A stretch of 64,000 bases of DNA. It comes from an uncultured virus (IMG/VR IMGVR_UViG_3300005326_000004). Its lineage: Duplodnaviria > Heunggongvirae > Uroviricota > Caudoviricetes. Location of the stretch: the IMG/VR virus record IMGVR_UViG_3300005326_000004; one strand, 5' to 3'. A program made the translations under genes and the position numbers. Under the pieces are notes generated by a model. It did not search any database. It was not told the origin of the DNA and saw only the letters and a list, made by a program, of their open reading frames with translations. This document shows, in pieces, positions 1 to 11,123 of the stretch; the stretch's first letter is position 1; every line of letters starts with the position of its first letter.

Positions 1-401
1 CGGGGAACTTTGGCAGTGAATCCCGTGGAAGCCGTGGTGAGTGTTCCCAGGTCCGTGGTGGAGCCGGTCTGCTCAAGATAAATGGTCTGATAATTGCTTG
101 CGTTTGCAGCGGCAGTGGTATCAGCACCAATGCTACACGTTACAATGGTAATGTCGTTTCTCGCTCTGAACAACGGATATGTATATGCGTCATTATCCCC
201 GGCAACGTCACCAATACCAACGGAGGCATGACGAGTAGCCCATCCGGAAGTAGTACGGATAAAACCATCACTCATAAGAGCGAATACTTCCGTACCGTTG
301 AGGTAATGAGCGAGAATATCACGTCCATTACTTACATCAAAATCGAAGCTCGGCTCGTTACCACGTCCGGTATCGAGTAGTATCACACTGGTTGCTCCCA
401 T
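1..401 (-). CDS. Virion structural protein, runs off the window edge; paralog of 494..1042
   Basis: Not in the ORF track. ATG at 401 follows GGAGG. My translation begins MGATSVILLDTGRGNEPSFDF and continues EVFALMSDG...GIGDVAGDND...YQTI, resembling EVFSIDANG...YGDIVADSD...RQTI in the upstream ORF. Confidence 0.7.
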   Translation of the reverse strand, partial: MGATSVILLDTGRGNEPSFDFDVSNGRDILAHYLNGTEVFALMSDGFIRTTSGWATRHASVGIGDVAGDNDAYTYPLFRARNDITIVTCSIGADTTAAANASNYQTIYLEQTGSTTDLGTLTTASTGFTAKVP

Positions 402-493
402 TAAATTATATCCTCCATATCAATGTTGGTACCTTGAAATGAAAAGCATCGAAATTTGGTCATAAGAAAACGCCTTGGCTGCCTTGCTGGATA

Positions 494-1042
494 TTACCCA
501 GCGAGGGTATATTCCACCAGGAACGTAAGCCCGCTCATTGCTAACCCAGCGGATGCTTTTGTGAATGTCGCGTAAAGGTATTCATCCGCTCCAATAGCAG
601 CGTTGGTAACGGCTCCCATTGTAGTCCAGGTTGATTGAGCCAGACCGGGATTTGCAGCAGCGGTCTGGTAAGAACATACTCCCCCATCATCGGAGGAACG
701 TTTAACGGCAATGGTCTGCCTGTTTGTACTTCCATCCGCAGTAGCCGTATCTACCGCAACGTAGATATTGGTAATCGTAACCGCTTTTTCAAACCGGATA
801 AGGAACGGGGTAATGGTATCACTATCCGCTACAATATCCCCATACTGGATAGAAACGGAGCGTTTGGCATCACCACCACCAGGATCAGGGAGACCGTTGG
901 CATCAATGGAAAACACTTCGCTGGACGCTTTGTCAAATTCGATAAAGTCCCGAGCAGCACCCGCACCAGCACCTTGATCATTCCGGATGATCGGACCAGA
1001 CCCAGGAGGGTTTACAAATTTAAAAGAAGCTCTATCAGCCAT
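494..1042 (-). CDS. Putative virion structural protein
   Basis: 182-aa Ala/Gly/Thr-rich ORF in the structural operon. Confidence 0.6.
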   Translation of the reverse strand: MADRASFKFVNPPGSGPIIRNDQGAGAGAARDFIEFDKASSEVFSIDANGLPDPGGGDAKRSVSIQYGDIVADSDTITPFLIRFEKAVTITNIYVAVDTATADGSTNRQTIAVKRSSDDGGVCSYQTAAANPGLAQSTWTTMGAVTNAAIGADEYLYATFTKASAGLAMSGLTFLVEYTLAG

Positions 1043-1044
1043 GT

Positions 1045-1191
1045 TTACGCAACCCCTTTCTTTTTGTTTTTCTTTTGCAATTCCAATTTAGCGGCTTTCA
1101 ACACCACTGGGAACTGCGCTATGAACAACTGTTCTTCTTGTGTAAGTGTTCCATTCACAAGACCATTAACTAATTGTAATCTGGTTTTCAA
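1045..1191 (-). CDS. Small hypothetical protein (48 aa)
   Basis: TTG start after AGGAGG; MKTRLQLVNGLVNG...KKKGVA fills the gap between neighbours. Confidence 0.45.
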   Translation of the reverse strand: MKTRLQLVNGLVNGTLTQEEQLFIAQFPVVLKAAKLELQKKNKKKGVA

Positions 1192-1537
1192 GGTACTCCC
1201 TCCTTCGTACTGTGGTAATACGGTAGTAATCCACTCTTCCAGAAATTAAATCGTAGTCATATATGATACCCCCTGGAATAATATCATATATATACCCATC
1301 GAATAAAATTTTGTCAACCTCGGTTATTGGTTTAGCCATCACAAAAATACCTGAAATGTAAACGTCTTCCCCTTTGGAATCCCGAACAACTTTCCCTTCC
1401 TTGTTGATGAATATACATGGAATATCATCACCGGGAGCATATTGGTATTTGTTCCAGGAATCCATTGCCGTTTGTCCAGTCGCAGTTGTTTGCCTGGATA
1501 ATATTTTACACGTAGTATTGAACAATGCATCAATCAT
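1166..1537 (-). CDS. Putative head-closure/stopper protein
   Basis: Size, position after the connector-like gene, and DKILFDGYIYDI motif. Confidence 0.5.
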   Translation of the reverse strand: MIDALFNTTCKILSRQTTATGQTAMDSWNKYQYAPGDDIPCIFINKEGKVVRDSKGEDVYISGIFVMAKPITEVDKILFDGYIYDIIPGGIIYDYDLISGRVDYYRITTVRRREYLENQITIS

Positions 1538-2067
1538 ATTACGTAAAACTCCGGAGGTTTGGGAATGGGGGAAAGTAATCGTAACAGATGAGCATCAGAA
1601 AATTGTAATGTGTATCCAGTGGATGGTCCAACGGCATCCAACATAAGTGGATTCTTATACAAGTACAATGCAATACGGGCTTCCGCATTTTTCACCAACG
1701 GGAATGTATCAGCATACAGACGGTGAGCACTGGTATACCCGTACGTGTATACTACGGTAATGTTATCATGTCCGTACGGTAATCCCTCATATACCCGAAG
1801 GGATCCTTCATCATGCCGTATCTCATAATCCGTTTCTTCCACAAGAGCTATATCATCAATAGTAAGGGATGTTACGGATATGATCGGGGGAGTCAAAAAC
1901 AAAAACCGATCACCCGCACTTGTACCGGATAGCACCCGTGTTTCAGTGGTGGAAGTCCACCGGTAGGGAGTATACCGGTGGATCTCCGCTTGTGCTGCAT
2001 CCAATACATCTTGTGGTATTGTCACCCGTGTAAGGGCTTCGGCTTGTGCAATGCTACAATAAGACAT
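1534..2067 (-). CDS. Putative head-tail connector/adaptor
   Basis: N-terminal SYCSIAQ..., PPIISVTSL and ITVVYTYGY motifs typical of phage adaptor proteins. Confidence 0.6.
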   Translation of the reverse strand: MSYCSIAQAEALTRVTIPQDVLDAAQAEIHRYTPYRWTSTTETRVLSGTSAGDRFLFLTPPIISVTSLTIDDIALVEETDYEIRHDEGSLRVYEGLPYGHDNITVVYTYGYTSAHRLYADTFPLVKNAEARIALYLYKNPLMLDAVGPSTGYTLQFSDAHLLRLLSPIPKPPEFYVI

Positions 2068-2076
2068 ATTGGTTCC

Positions 2077-5000
2077 TTACTTTATGAAAATGGGGTAAAT
2101 GTAGTCCCATAAGAAAATCTTACCAATGAAGTCAGGTAATTTTGTTTTTTGTGGTCCGGGTCTCCATTCGATTGCACCAATATCAGGGGCTTTGTACAAT
2201 TCTTTGGAGTAGAAGTCAATCGTAAGTCCAACGGATGCACCACGATTAATAGCCGGGCTATTCGTTTTCAATGAGAAGTTTGAGTACGGATTCACGAACA
2301 TAGGGTCTCCAGATATACCGTTTGCTTCTTTACCGGATGTGCTTTTTAGATTTGCAAACGTAGCGCAGTACGTACCCAACCACATAGCGTAAGATGTTCC
2401 ATACCAAAGGTTGTAATCCATTGTAATGTCCTCAGGATCATTCCACGAAGCCAAGTATAACAGATTGCTGGTGGCTTCGTTCTTTCGGAAGATGTTGTTT
2501 TTGATCACAAAGTTGGTAAGGTTCCCGGACGTTCCAGCATTCTGTTGCATCATTAAACAATTAGAGTTGTTCTTAACAGGACGTTGTGAATGGAACAACT
2601 GCCCCCCTGAATTGTACGTGGTATTATTGAGAATGAAAATACTATCCATCGTACAACCGGCTACGGAATTAAAGAACTCAAAATTGTATTCACAGTTGTA
2701 AACAATGTTGTTATTGAACAACAGATTGTTGGCAGTAGATGAACCAGACGGGTTCTGCCAAGATATACCCGCATCAAAACATTCAAACACGGTATTCCTT
2801 CGTACCTTACAATTGTTGGTGGATTGGATAAACTGTATACCATTTCCATAGAATGTGGAATCAGTACCACCTTGTTTACCACCACCAAGATAACTGAATA
2901 CACAATCCTGGATGGTTACATTGTTGGTAGCACTGGCATTGTATCCATGAGCACCACCAAACTTTACGGAAAGGTTTTGAATGATCAGATTACTCTTGCT
3001 ACCACCACTCAAAATATCCTTATTCAATCCGGCTTCAATCGAATCATACGCATTGCCGGGATTGATAGTGGAGTACATCCATACGGTACTATCCGCTTCT
3101 TGGGAATAAAAATCACCTTGTTGTGTGATATTCACTTTATTCCACTTTTTCGTACCAACGTATGTACCACCATTGAAGAATAAGGAACCCACATCCGGAG
3201 TGTTTACATGAGCATACCAGAAGCTTCCGGTTTCAGTAACAATCCTTGCGGAATTGTCCAACGAAATATCATCCCAATACGAAGTCCACCCTGTACCCGT
3301 AGCAGGTTGTCCGAAACGTATTTGAGTACAATCATTCGTTCCCGTATTAAGTCCAGTTACCGCTATGGCTACCGCACCATCGAGCCAGCACGTAATCTTT
3401 CCAACGGTAGCAGATTTTACCCACATCAATTCTAACTTATGCCAAGCACCCGTTGATACAACCAACGCATTCCCAGCACCCCCGGAACTACTCGGGTCAT
3501 TGTAGTACTCAATTTGTCCCGTGGTGTTATCCGTACCACGAAGGTAAATAGTCATCAAACGAGTTGGAGTTCCACCATAATACAGGTTCAATACTTCGGC
3601 TGATTGTCCACCGGGAGTATACAAGAACACGTACCCGCTAAAGAACAGTGTATCGGTAGCGGTAAATGTTTTTGCCAAGCATTCGGTACTGTCCATCTTT
3701 ACAGAGTATTGCCCTGAATATGATTGGAACGTTGTATCAATAGGAGTACCCACACTGGTATATGCACTTATGTACGTTGTGGGCTCGAAACTTTCACCAT
3801 TGATAATGTTCCCTAAATCGTACGTACCGGATGAACTGTATGTCCATAGCGATGAATCCGATAAATCCATTGAACCATACAGAATAGGCAATGAACCAAC
3901 TCCGTATGCTCCGTATACAATCGGATTTGCAGTAGTACCATTGTTGGACAAAGTCAAGTATTCACGCCATGAACCACCACGGCTAAACAAAATACTATCA
4001 CCAGCAGCAGGGGTATATGCGTTGACTTTGGCAATCGTAGCCCATGCTTCATAGGGATGGATACCGCTGTTATCATCATCTCCATACTGTGAATCCACGT
4101 AGTGTGTTTGCAGCATCCAAATCGCAAAAGCCCCATTGGATTGATCAACGATTGTTGAATCATTCTTTGCATACACCTTTACCAAACACGTATTAGATTT
4201 CACAGACGGAATGGTCCAACTGTATGACTTCGCAGTTGCACTTACGGACAGATTAATTGCTATCCAAGATGTTCCTGAATTCGTGGAATACCACAATTTC
4301 ACGGAATCACCAATAGTTGACGTGTAGTCCCAGTTGATGGATATGGAAGAACCCGCTTGGTATGTTTCACCACCATTTGGATACGAAAGCGTAAGTACAG
4401 GTTTGGCAGGAGTAGCCAACGTATACGAGTTACTGTATCCATACGTACCAGCAGAATCAACGATGGCTTGCCATGTGTATGTTACACCGGGAGTCAATCC
4501 CCCAATGGTTTTTACCGTATCCTGCTTTCCAGTAAAGTACGAAACCAACGACTTTGTAGCGTACGAATATACACCAAAGTTGGTAACGCTTGCAGAATGG
4601 TGAGGAGTCACATGGACCTTCAATGAATCATACCGTACTGCAGTCATAAAGAATCCAGTAGGATCATTCACTTTCGGAATGGTAACGTACCCACAAAACG
4701 CTCCCTTGTCATACTTCACACTTTGGGATTTTATCAGTACACTGGCAGGCCATGAACTCAACGGGTCCAATCCATAATCATACGGAGCACCAAGGGTCAC
4801 ACCCGAATCAATACATGCAGACGCTGCTTGTAATGTCAACGTAGCCGGGGGAGATGTAAATAGCGGGTCTCCCCATGTAGACGAAGCATCACTGGAGCAA
4901 ATGTTCTTCCAAGCACCTATACTCATGGAAGTAGCATTGGTTGTGAAGTACACATTTGAAGCAGCACGGTAATACCGATTATACCCGAATGTGTTCAGTG

Positions 5001-8000
5001 CATAATCTCCATTGGCGAGTGTGAAAAATATACCTTGATTGCCTTCGGAAACAATATTGTTTTTGAACGTATTTCCACTTATCGAACCAGCACCATTTGT
5101 AAATAACACACCTGTATTATTACCGTACAGTGAGTTATTGTATATGGTATTGTTGTTACCAAGAGCAATATTTTCCATTGAAGCGGTAGGTGTTCCATAC
5201 ACATCAATACCAACGGCATTCGAGTAGAGAACGTTGGCAATGATCACCCCGTAATTACCCGTACGTATACCCGTACCATTTTGGTATACTTTGTTGTACT
5301 TGATGGTATTCCCAAGCGTGGAACTACCAATTGCGCTGATACCATACGAAGTATTTCCATATACCAAATTACCATCAATGGTATTCCCGGTGGCTTTGTA
5401 CCGAACGGAAATTCCTACGTAGCAATTTGAAACCGTATTGTTCTTGATGGTATTCGTAATGGCAGGGTAGCTCATTGTGTCATACGATGAACCGATTGCA
5501 ATACCCGCACCATCGCTTACATTGGTGCTCTTACAATTTGAAATCGTACAATTCTGTATTGTGTTGTTTGTGGATGTTTTTGCGAAATAAAGACCCACAG
5601 GCCACGAACCAACCAAGCAACTATCCACTACACAACCATCAATTGTATTGTAGTTACTGTTGGTAACATCAATACCCGAAGTGGTAAAATATTTGATGGT
5701 TAATCCAAGAACTTTTACATAGCTGCTATTGACCAGAACAATACCATTGTTCAAAGTGTTACCACCAATAATTCTCGGAGACGAACTTGTTCCATACGTA
5801 GTGATCACAATGGGACTACTGGCAGTACCAGTCAAACCAGTTAACGAAAGGGATTCATTGAACGTAGAACCAGTTGCTATGTATAACGTATCCCCAGGAT
5901 TATATATGTGACCACTGGCAGTAGATAAGGATTTCCATGCAGTAGATACGGATGAACCAGAAGCCGTATCATTACCCGAATTTGAAACGTAATGACCAGA
6001 CGGAGAAGAAGGATTTCCTCCACCCGTATAATATTCAAACGCTCCCATATCGTACACACTATTTTGTGGTAAACCCGTACCATCACCATCGTACAGATGA
6101 AAATATGGATTACCACTTACATTCATTCCAGCATCAATACACGGGGAAGTTGAAAGTAAATGGAAATTACCATCAGTTACGTTTACAAATTGTGGGTCTG
6201 TTATTTTACTGTTTATATCCAGCCCATTTGTACCGGGGGATGTGGAATATGATCTATATGCGCTCCAAGTCATGCTTGGCTGATCGGGTACACCCGTACC
6301 ACCACCACCATACGCAGCAAAATACGTTTGGGTATTGTACCAATTATTATAGTTAATACGTTTACCTTGCGATGTGCAAAGACGTATATGCCGGTAATAG
6401 TTTGCACCAGGATATGCAATATTATTGTACATGAAGATATTACCGTACGAACCAGCGGAGTACCCAGTAAGAATAGCGAAACTGTAATAGTTATTGTATG
6501 AAACGCAATTGATAAAGAATATGGAATCCGCACATGCACCCGCACCCGTACCGAAACCGGTATCTATACCAGGGCAATACGGTACATTCTTCGCAATACA
6601 TCCCAAGTACTTTATATTCCTAACGATTCCGTAAATATCCCCACAATAAAACCCATTACACGTCTCACCAGAGAGTCGAACGAATTTGGAATTGTAATCA
6701 GCCAAACAATACTTATACGTAACGTCACGAACCGGAGCGTACTTTATGTCATAATTTCCATGATGTGAATTGTATGCAGCGCACGATTCCAAAGTGGTAC
6801 GGGAACCACGAACATCAAACCCATTACCACCACATTCCATAGAAATACAGCGGCGAAGCAAACAGTCCGCACCATCAATACAGAAGCCAAGTCTATCCCA
6901 TACCCCATATACATCTTCATGGGAATATCCATTGTAGCCACCATAACAATCCACCAAAATGTTATGATGAGCATTGGAAGTTATTTGTGCGAATTTCTGC
7001 CAAGCCCCCAACGTTTTGATATTACGAATGGTAACATACGGCTTGTCACAGTAAATACCATATTGATATCTACATGCTTCCACATCGCTACCGGGATTAC
7101 CACCCGTGGTGTACAGGTACACGTACGAACCATCATAGTACCAATCACCTTCGTTTGTACAAGTAAGGAATGAAGATCGGGCTTGTCCATTACGAGTCCA
7201 ATTGTGATAAACGTTATCAAACGTACGAACAGCGCCCGAAGTCCCAATGGCTCCATATGAAGATGACAGAGGAGCACGGTACAAATTCGGGTAAGACAGA
7301 TACAACGTCCATGTAGGTATGTTGGTGCTACCGTAAATGATTGGGGAAGAACCCGTACCATATGAACCGTAATATACCCGGCTTGTGGCGTTTCCACCGG
7401 AGGGAATGGTTAATTGTCCTCTCCATGAGCCATTGCATTTAAAGAAAATGGAATCACCGGGGGAGAATGTTCTCCCGGTTATTTTTGACAATGAAGCCCA
7501 AGGACCATTGCTACCGGATGTGAAAGTAGGATAATTACCAGAGAAGGTATCATTACCATTTACACTGTCAACATAGTAATGGTTTGCTCCACCTGTTTGA
7601 TAAACCCCAGGATCGGGGTCATTCGTACCACCACCAACCGGGGGCTCCACCGGGGGCTCAACGGGAGGGGCTACGATTCCAGTATATTCCCATGCTCCAT
7701 AATCCGAACCATCCCCATAGGGAACAGTAACCCCCATTCGATCAAGGGGGTAATAATCAATGTACGTACCAGCATTGATCAACGGAGAAGTGCTTGCCAA
7801 TGTGTAATTACCCGTATACTGATCAAAGAATACCGGGTCAACATCGTTCCCGTACGAATCAAACGTAGGTTGTGCTATACGGTACAAATCGAAAGTTGCG
7901 TAATCAAAATACCCATTAGGAGTACCAGACGTAGCAGGAACTCCGGTGGAAGCACCAAATTGAGCCATTGTCAACGTAGGGTATACATACCAATCATTGT

Positions 8001-10515
8001 AGTTTACAACTTTGTTTGTGGTATTGATACACCTGAATGCAACTCCCAATGTACTCCGGTAATGGTAAATGATGTTGTTACGCATCCACACTTTACCCGT
8101 ACCATTATTGAACGTAATACCAACATGACAAGATGCAATTGTGTTATTGTCAATAAAGATTGAATCACCATGAGCAGCTTGGTAATCAGCATTACCCAAT
8201 GCATCCGTACCACCGCCTAACGCAATACCGGAGGATATACCACCAAAAGGAACACCATAAATCAAGTTACCATAAATATGTACAAACTTCGGGTAACCTA
8301 TGGCACTATCGGTATCCCCGGCATAAATTCCGGTGTATTGTTCAGCACCTTGATTTATAAAGAAGTCATCCCATTCAACGGTATTGAACCGGAAGGTATT
8401 ACCCCATGTGGTTTTTGAATCAATACCCGCATGGTGAGCGTTGATAATATTGCAATACTCAACGGTCATTGAATCGGATTGGCAGTCAATACCATTACCA
8501 CCAACTTCCTTCACTGTGGTGTATGCAATGTAATTACCCCTACCCCCAACGTACGAGAATCCCAGGTTATCCCAAATACTACCAACAGTAGCCCCGTATG
8601 ATTGCCCGGAAAAACCACCATAGCAATGTGTGGTACGAGTATAGCTCCCGGTAATGTTCGTGGTATGATGCCAGAATCCCCGAATGTCCAAGTTATCAAA
8701 TGTGTTGTAATTCACCGCACATGTAATACCATATTCCAAACTGGTCACTTCCACATCCGAACCGGGGGGAGCAGCAGAACATAAATACACAACGCCACTG
8801 GAATAGCACCAATCATCCTGCGTAGTACAGTCAGCAATAAGAGCTTTTTTGAAACCCCGATTCCAATTGTGATACAACATAGAAGGATTGGAAGCATACG
8901 TTGCTATGTATATCACATTGCCATTCCCGAGTGCTTGGTATGAGGTCCACGATGAAAGGTTGGCTGATCCTAACAGTTTGGGTCTACCAAGTGTGGAATC
9001 CCCATACGCAGTATACACAACGGGACTGGAGGCCGTACCTGCTACGGATGCAACCAACGACTCCCGCCATGTTTCACCATATTTAAATTTGATTGTATCA
9101 CCAACAGAGAAAGCGTAACCATTAACCTTGCTTACGGTTTTCCAGGGGAGGGCAAGCGTACCCGCATTGGAATCATTACCCCCGGTCATATCCACATAGA
9201 ATACGTGCTGTGGGGGTCCGGTAATCCGTTCGTATGCTCCAATGTCCGGGGCTATTCCCTGTGGTACAGTAGTACCGATAATATCCAATGTGAACCCCAA
9301 ATCCGTACCAGCATTGAAACACGGGGAAACCGATTGGATATTATAATTGGATGCACTTACAAAGTCGGGGTTCTCATTCAAACCGCTGGCATTGTAACCG
9401 GCAGACGTGAAACCCGCATACGTTGTGATTCCTTCGTAACTGAAAATAGTCGAGGAACCCGAATTGTATATAAGGTTATGGGTAAACGTGTTGGAAGTAC
9501 CACCACCATCATTACCTTCTATTTCTATTTTACTGGCGTAGGTAACTTCATTGTTGTATATAATATTGTTCTTTAATATCGCACCTTGAGCATACAATAC
9601 AATCCCTCGTCCTGTATACCCCGTTCTTTGTCCGTTACCCGTAATTGTGCAGTTCTCAAGCGTGAATCCAACGGTATACGGGGGAGTACGATTTGTGTCT
9701 TCAACGAACACTCCAACCAAACCATTATCAGAAAAACGGGAATACGTTACCGTGAAATTGGTAATACTTCTACCGGTTTCCTGATCAAGAAATATACCTT
9801 GGTCCGTGTTGCTATCCGCTACACAATACCGCATTGTAACATTTTGTAAGTTTTTGGTATTGTATAATTCAGATACTTGGAAGTCAAAACCAGTATGATC
9901 ATTATTATGAGAATGACAATTCTCAACAAGGATATCTCCGTAATCAGAAGAAGCCCCGTACGCTTGGCAAGCCAAACCATTCCATTCATTCAGGGTTGTT
10001 TCACAATTACGGAAAGTACAGCTATGAGCGGCTTTAAAGTTTAATCCATTACCACCCCCAGTAGCTGCATCTGCATGATGCACGTACAAACTATCACAAA
10101 CCCAACCAGTGGGATTGCCTTCAACATTGATCGAATAATACGAACCGTATCCAGCATTTAAATTGAGGAGGGTCACATAGTTCTTACCATCGGAACTAAT
10201 TGCGTAATCGTTTGCACCATTCGCGTTGATGTATGGTTTGGCCCCTGTTCCATAAGCCCCGTATACAATATTATTTCCAGAAGTACCACTGGAAGTTATT
10301 GTAAGCTTTCCTACCCACGTACTCCCCCGTTTAAAAAGAATGGAGTCCCCAGCAGAAAAAGCCCGGCCACTTATCTTTGCCAACGTTTCCCATGCTTGTG
10401 CATCGGAAAGTCCTGTATTTGAATCGTTTCCACCATTCTTTATATAGTAATTCGTACCATATCCAAGGGAAGGGGAAAACAACAAACTTACAAGGAGAAG
10501 CAGGAACCAACGCAT
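2077..10515 (-). CDS. Giant (2812 aa) signal-peptide protein with five parallel beta-helix modules plus FN3/Ig-like and LamG-like domains
   Basis: Hydrophobic N-terminus MRWFLLLLVSLLFSPSLGYG. Five modules start Y(V/I)..G.D...G....(A/P)W and end S(P/A).(I/F)(D/N).G...D.GA(Y/W/F/I). Asn-rich ladder repeats. Confidence 0.8.
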   Translation of the reverse strand: MRWFLLLLVSLLFSPSLGYGTNYYIKNGGNDSNTGLSDAQAWETLAKISGRAFSAGDSILFKRGSTWVGKLTITSSGTSGNNIVYGAYGTGAKPYINANGANDYAISSDGKNYVTLLNLNAGYGSYYSINVEGNPTGWVCDSLYVHHADAATGGGNGLNFKAAHSCTFRNCETTLNEWNGLACQAYGASSDYGDILVENCHSHNNDHTGFDFQVSELYNTKNLQNVTMRYCVADSNTDQGIFLDQETGRSITNFTVTYSRFSDNGLVGVFVEDTNRTPPYTVGFTLENCTITGNGQRTGYTGRGIVLYAQGAILKNNIIYNNEVTYASKIEIEGNDGGGTSNTFTHNLIYNSGSSTIFSYEGITTYAGFTSAGYNASGLNENPDFVSASNYNIQSVSPCFNAGTDLGFTLDIIGTTVPQGIAPDIGAYERITGPPQHVFYVDMTGGNDSNAGTLALPWKTVSKVNGYAFSVGDTIKFKYGETWRESLVASVAGTASSPVVYTAYGDSTLGRPKLLGSANLSSWTSYQALGNGNVIYIATYASNPSMLYHNWNRGFKKALIADCTTQDDWCYSSGVVYLCSAAPPGSDVEVTSLEYGITCAVNYNTFDNLDIRGFWHHTTNITGSYTRTTHCYGGFSGQSYGATVGSIWDNLGFSYVGGRGNYIAYTTVKEVGGNGIDCQSDSMTVEYCNIINAHHAGIDSKTTWGNTFRFNTVEWDDFFINQGAEQYTGIYAGDTDSAIGYPKFVHIYGNLIYGVPFGGISSGIALGGGTDALGNADYQAAHGDSIFIDNNTIASCHVGITFNNGTGKVWMRNNIIYHYRSTLGVAFRCINTTNKVVNYNDWYVYPTLTMAQFGASTGVPATSGTPNGYFDYATFDLYRIAQPTFDSYGNDVDPVFFDQYTGNYTLASTSPLINAGTYIDYYPLDRMGVTVPYGDGSDYGAWEYTGIVAPPVEPPVEPPVGGGTNDPDPGVYQTGGANHYYVDSVNGNDTFSGNYPTFTSGSNGPWASLSKITGRTFSPGDSIFFKCNGSWRGQLTIPSGGNATSRVYYGSYGTGSSPIIYGSTNIPTWTLYLSYPNLYRAPLSSSYGAIGTSGAVRTFDNVYHNWTRNGQARSSFLTCTNEGDWYYDGSYVYLYTTGGNPGSDVEACRYQYGIYCDKPYVTIRNIKTLGAWQKFAQITSNAHHNILVDCYGGYNGYSHEDVYGVWDRLGFCIDGADCLLRRCISMECGGNGFDVRGSRTTLESCAAYNSHHGNYDIKYAPVRDVTYKYCLADYNSKFVRLSGETCNGFYCGDIYGIVRNIKYLGCIAKNVPYCPGIDTGFGTGAGACADSIFFINCVSYNNYYSFAILTGYSAGSYGNIFMYNNIAYPGANYYRHIRLCTSQGKRINYNNWYNTQTYFAAYGGGGTGVPDQPSMTWSAYRSYSTSPGTNGLDINSKITDPQFVNVTDGNFHLLSTSPCIDAGMNVSGNPYFHLYDGDGTGLPQNSVYDMGAFEYYTGGGNPSSPSGHYVSNSGNDTASGSSVSTAWKSLSTASGHIYNPGDTLYIATGSTFNESLSLTGLTGTASSPIVITTYGTSSSPRIIGGNTLNNGIVLVNSSYVKVLGLTIKYFTTSGIDVTNSNYNTIDGCVVDSCLVGSWPVGLYFAKTSTNNTIQNCTISNCKSTNVSDGAGIAIGSSYDTMSYPAITNTIKNNTVSNCYVGISVRYKATGNTIDGNLVYGNTSYGISAIGSSTLGNTIKYNKVYQNGTGIRTGNYGVIIANVLYSNAVGIDVYGTPTASMENIALGNNNTIYNNSLYGNNTGVLFTNGAGSISGNTFKNNIVSEGNQGIFFTLANGDYALNTFGYNRYYRAASNVYFTTNATSMSIGAWKNICSSDASSTWGDPLFTSPPATLTLQAASACIDSGVTLGAPYDYGLDPLSSWPASVLIKSQSVKYDKGAFCGYVTIPKVNDPTGFFMTAVRYDSLKVHVTPHHSASVTNFGVYSYATKSLVSYFTGKQDTVKTIGGLTPGVTYTWQAIVDSAGTYGYSNSYTLATPAKPVLTLSYPNGGETYQAGSSISINWDYTSTIGDSVKLWYSTNSGTSWIAINLSVSATAKSYSWTIPSVKSNTCLVKVYAKNDSTIVDQSNGAFAIWMLQTHYVDSQYGDDDNSGIHPYEAWATIAKVNAYTPAAGDSILFSRGGSWREYLTLSNNGTTANPIVYGAYGVGSLPILYGSMDLSDSSLWTYSSSGTYDLGNIINGESFEPTTYISAYTSVGTPIDTTFQSYSGQYSVKMDSTECLAKTFTATDTLFFSGYVFLYTPGGQSAEVLNLYYGGTPTRLMTIYLRGTDNTTGQIEYYNDPSSSGGAGNALVVSTGAWHKLELMWVKSATVGKITCWLDGAVAIAVTGLNTGTNDCTQIRFGQPATGTGWTSYWDDISLDNSARIVTETGSFWYAHVNTPDVGSLFFNGGTYVGTKKWNKVNITQQGDFYSQEADSTVWMYSTINPGNAYDSIEAGLNKDILSGGSKSNLIIQNLSVKFGGAHGYNASATNNVTIQDCVFSYLGGGKQGGTDSTFYGNGIQFIQSTNNCKVRRNTVFECFDAGISWQNPSGSSTANNLLFNNNIVYNCEYNFEFFNSVAGCTMDSIFILNNTTYNSGGQLFHSQRPVKNNSNCLMMQQNAGTSGNLTNFVIKNNIFRKNEATSNLLYLASWNDPEDITMDYNLWYGTSYAMWLGTYCATFANLKSTSGKEANGISGDPMFVNPYSNFSLKTNSPAINRGASVGLTIDFYSKELYKAPDIGAIEWRPGPQKTKLPDFIGKIFLWDYIYPIFIK

Positions 10516-10517
10516 AT

Positions 10518-11123
10518 TTACCTCTTTTTACAAAAAAGTGGTGTAACGTCAATGTAATGTGAAAGAAGAGCACGGGGTCTATAAACAATTAGGTATTCTT
10601 GTGGGGAAACCGTCCCAGCAGTAGCAAACACTTTACGCTGCCATGAATCTATAACGGTAGGGTAAACTGTTTGGTTGAAAACGGTAGTACCATCCCGACC
10701 TGTCAATTTAATTGTTACCCCTGCGTATTGTGAACTTGTATCCGAACGAACATACACGATAAACGAATCAACCGGGGAAGCAGAATTTACGATGCCGGAA
10801 AGCCCAATACTATCAATGGTAGCCGTACCATTCCCCAACGAACGCACAAATATGGATGTATCAATTGCAGATGTTACGGCTGAATATTGGGTAATGTCCA
10901 GTGAGTCCGTGGTTGCAATCGTTGTATCCACACCAGTAGGTACCGGAATAACCCAGGTCAGTGGGGCTCGAAAATAACGAGCCAGCATCTGTATTGTGGC
11001 GTAGGAATTTTGTGAATGTGAATACATAACGCTGCAAGTAAGTCCGGTAAACGTACAAGCGAGAATGAGACCCACAATGTATTTATGGAACTTCATCATG
11101 AACCTCTTTCCGCTACATACCAT
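10518..11123 (-). CDS. Hypothetical protein with N-terminal hydrophobic/signal segment
   Basis: MKFHKYIVGLILACTFTGLTCSV; the true start is probably one of the ATGs near 11096-11099. Confidence 0.55.
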   Translation of the reverse strand: MVCSGKRFMMKFHKYIVGLILACTFTGLTCSVMYSHSQNSYATIQMLARYFRAPLTWVIPVPTGVDTTIATTDSLDITQYSAVTSAIDTSIFVRSLGNGTATIDSIGLSGIVNSASPVDSFIVYVRSDTSSQYAGVTIKLTGRDGTTVFNQTVYPTVIDSWQRKVFATAGTVSPQEYLIVYRPRALLSHYIDVTPLFCKKR

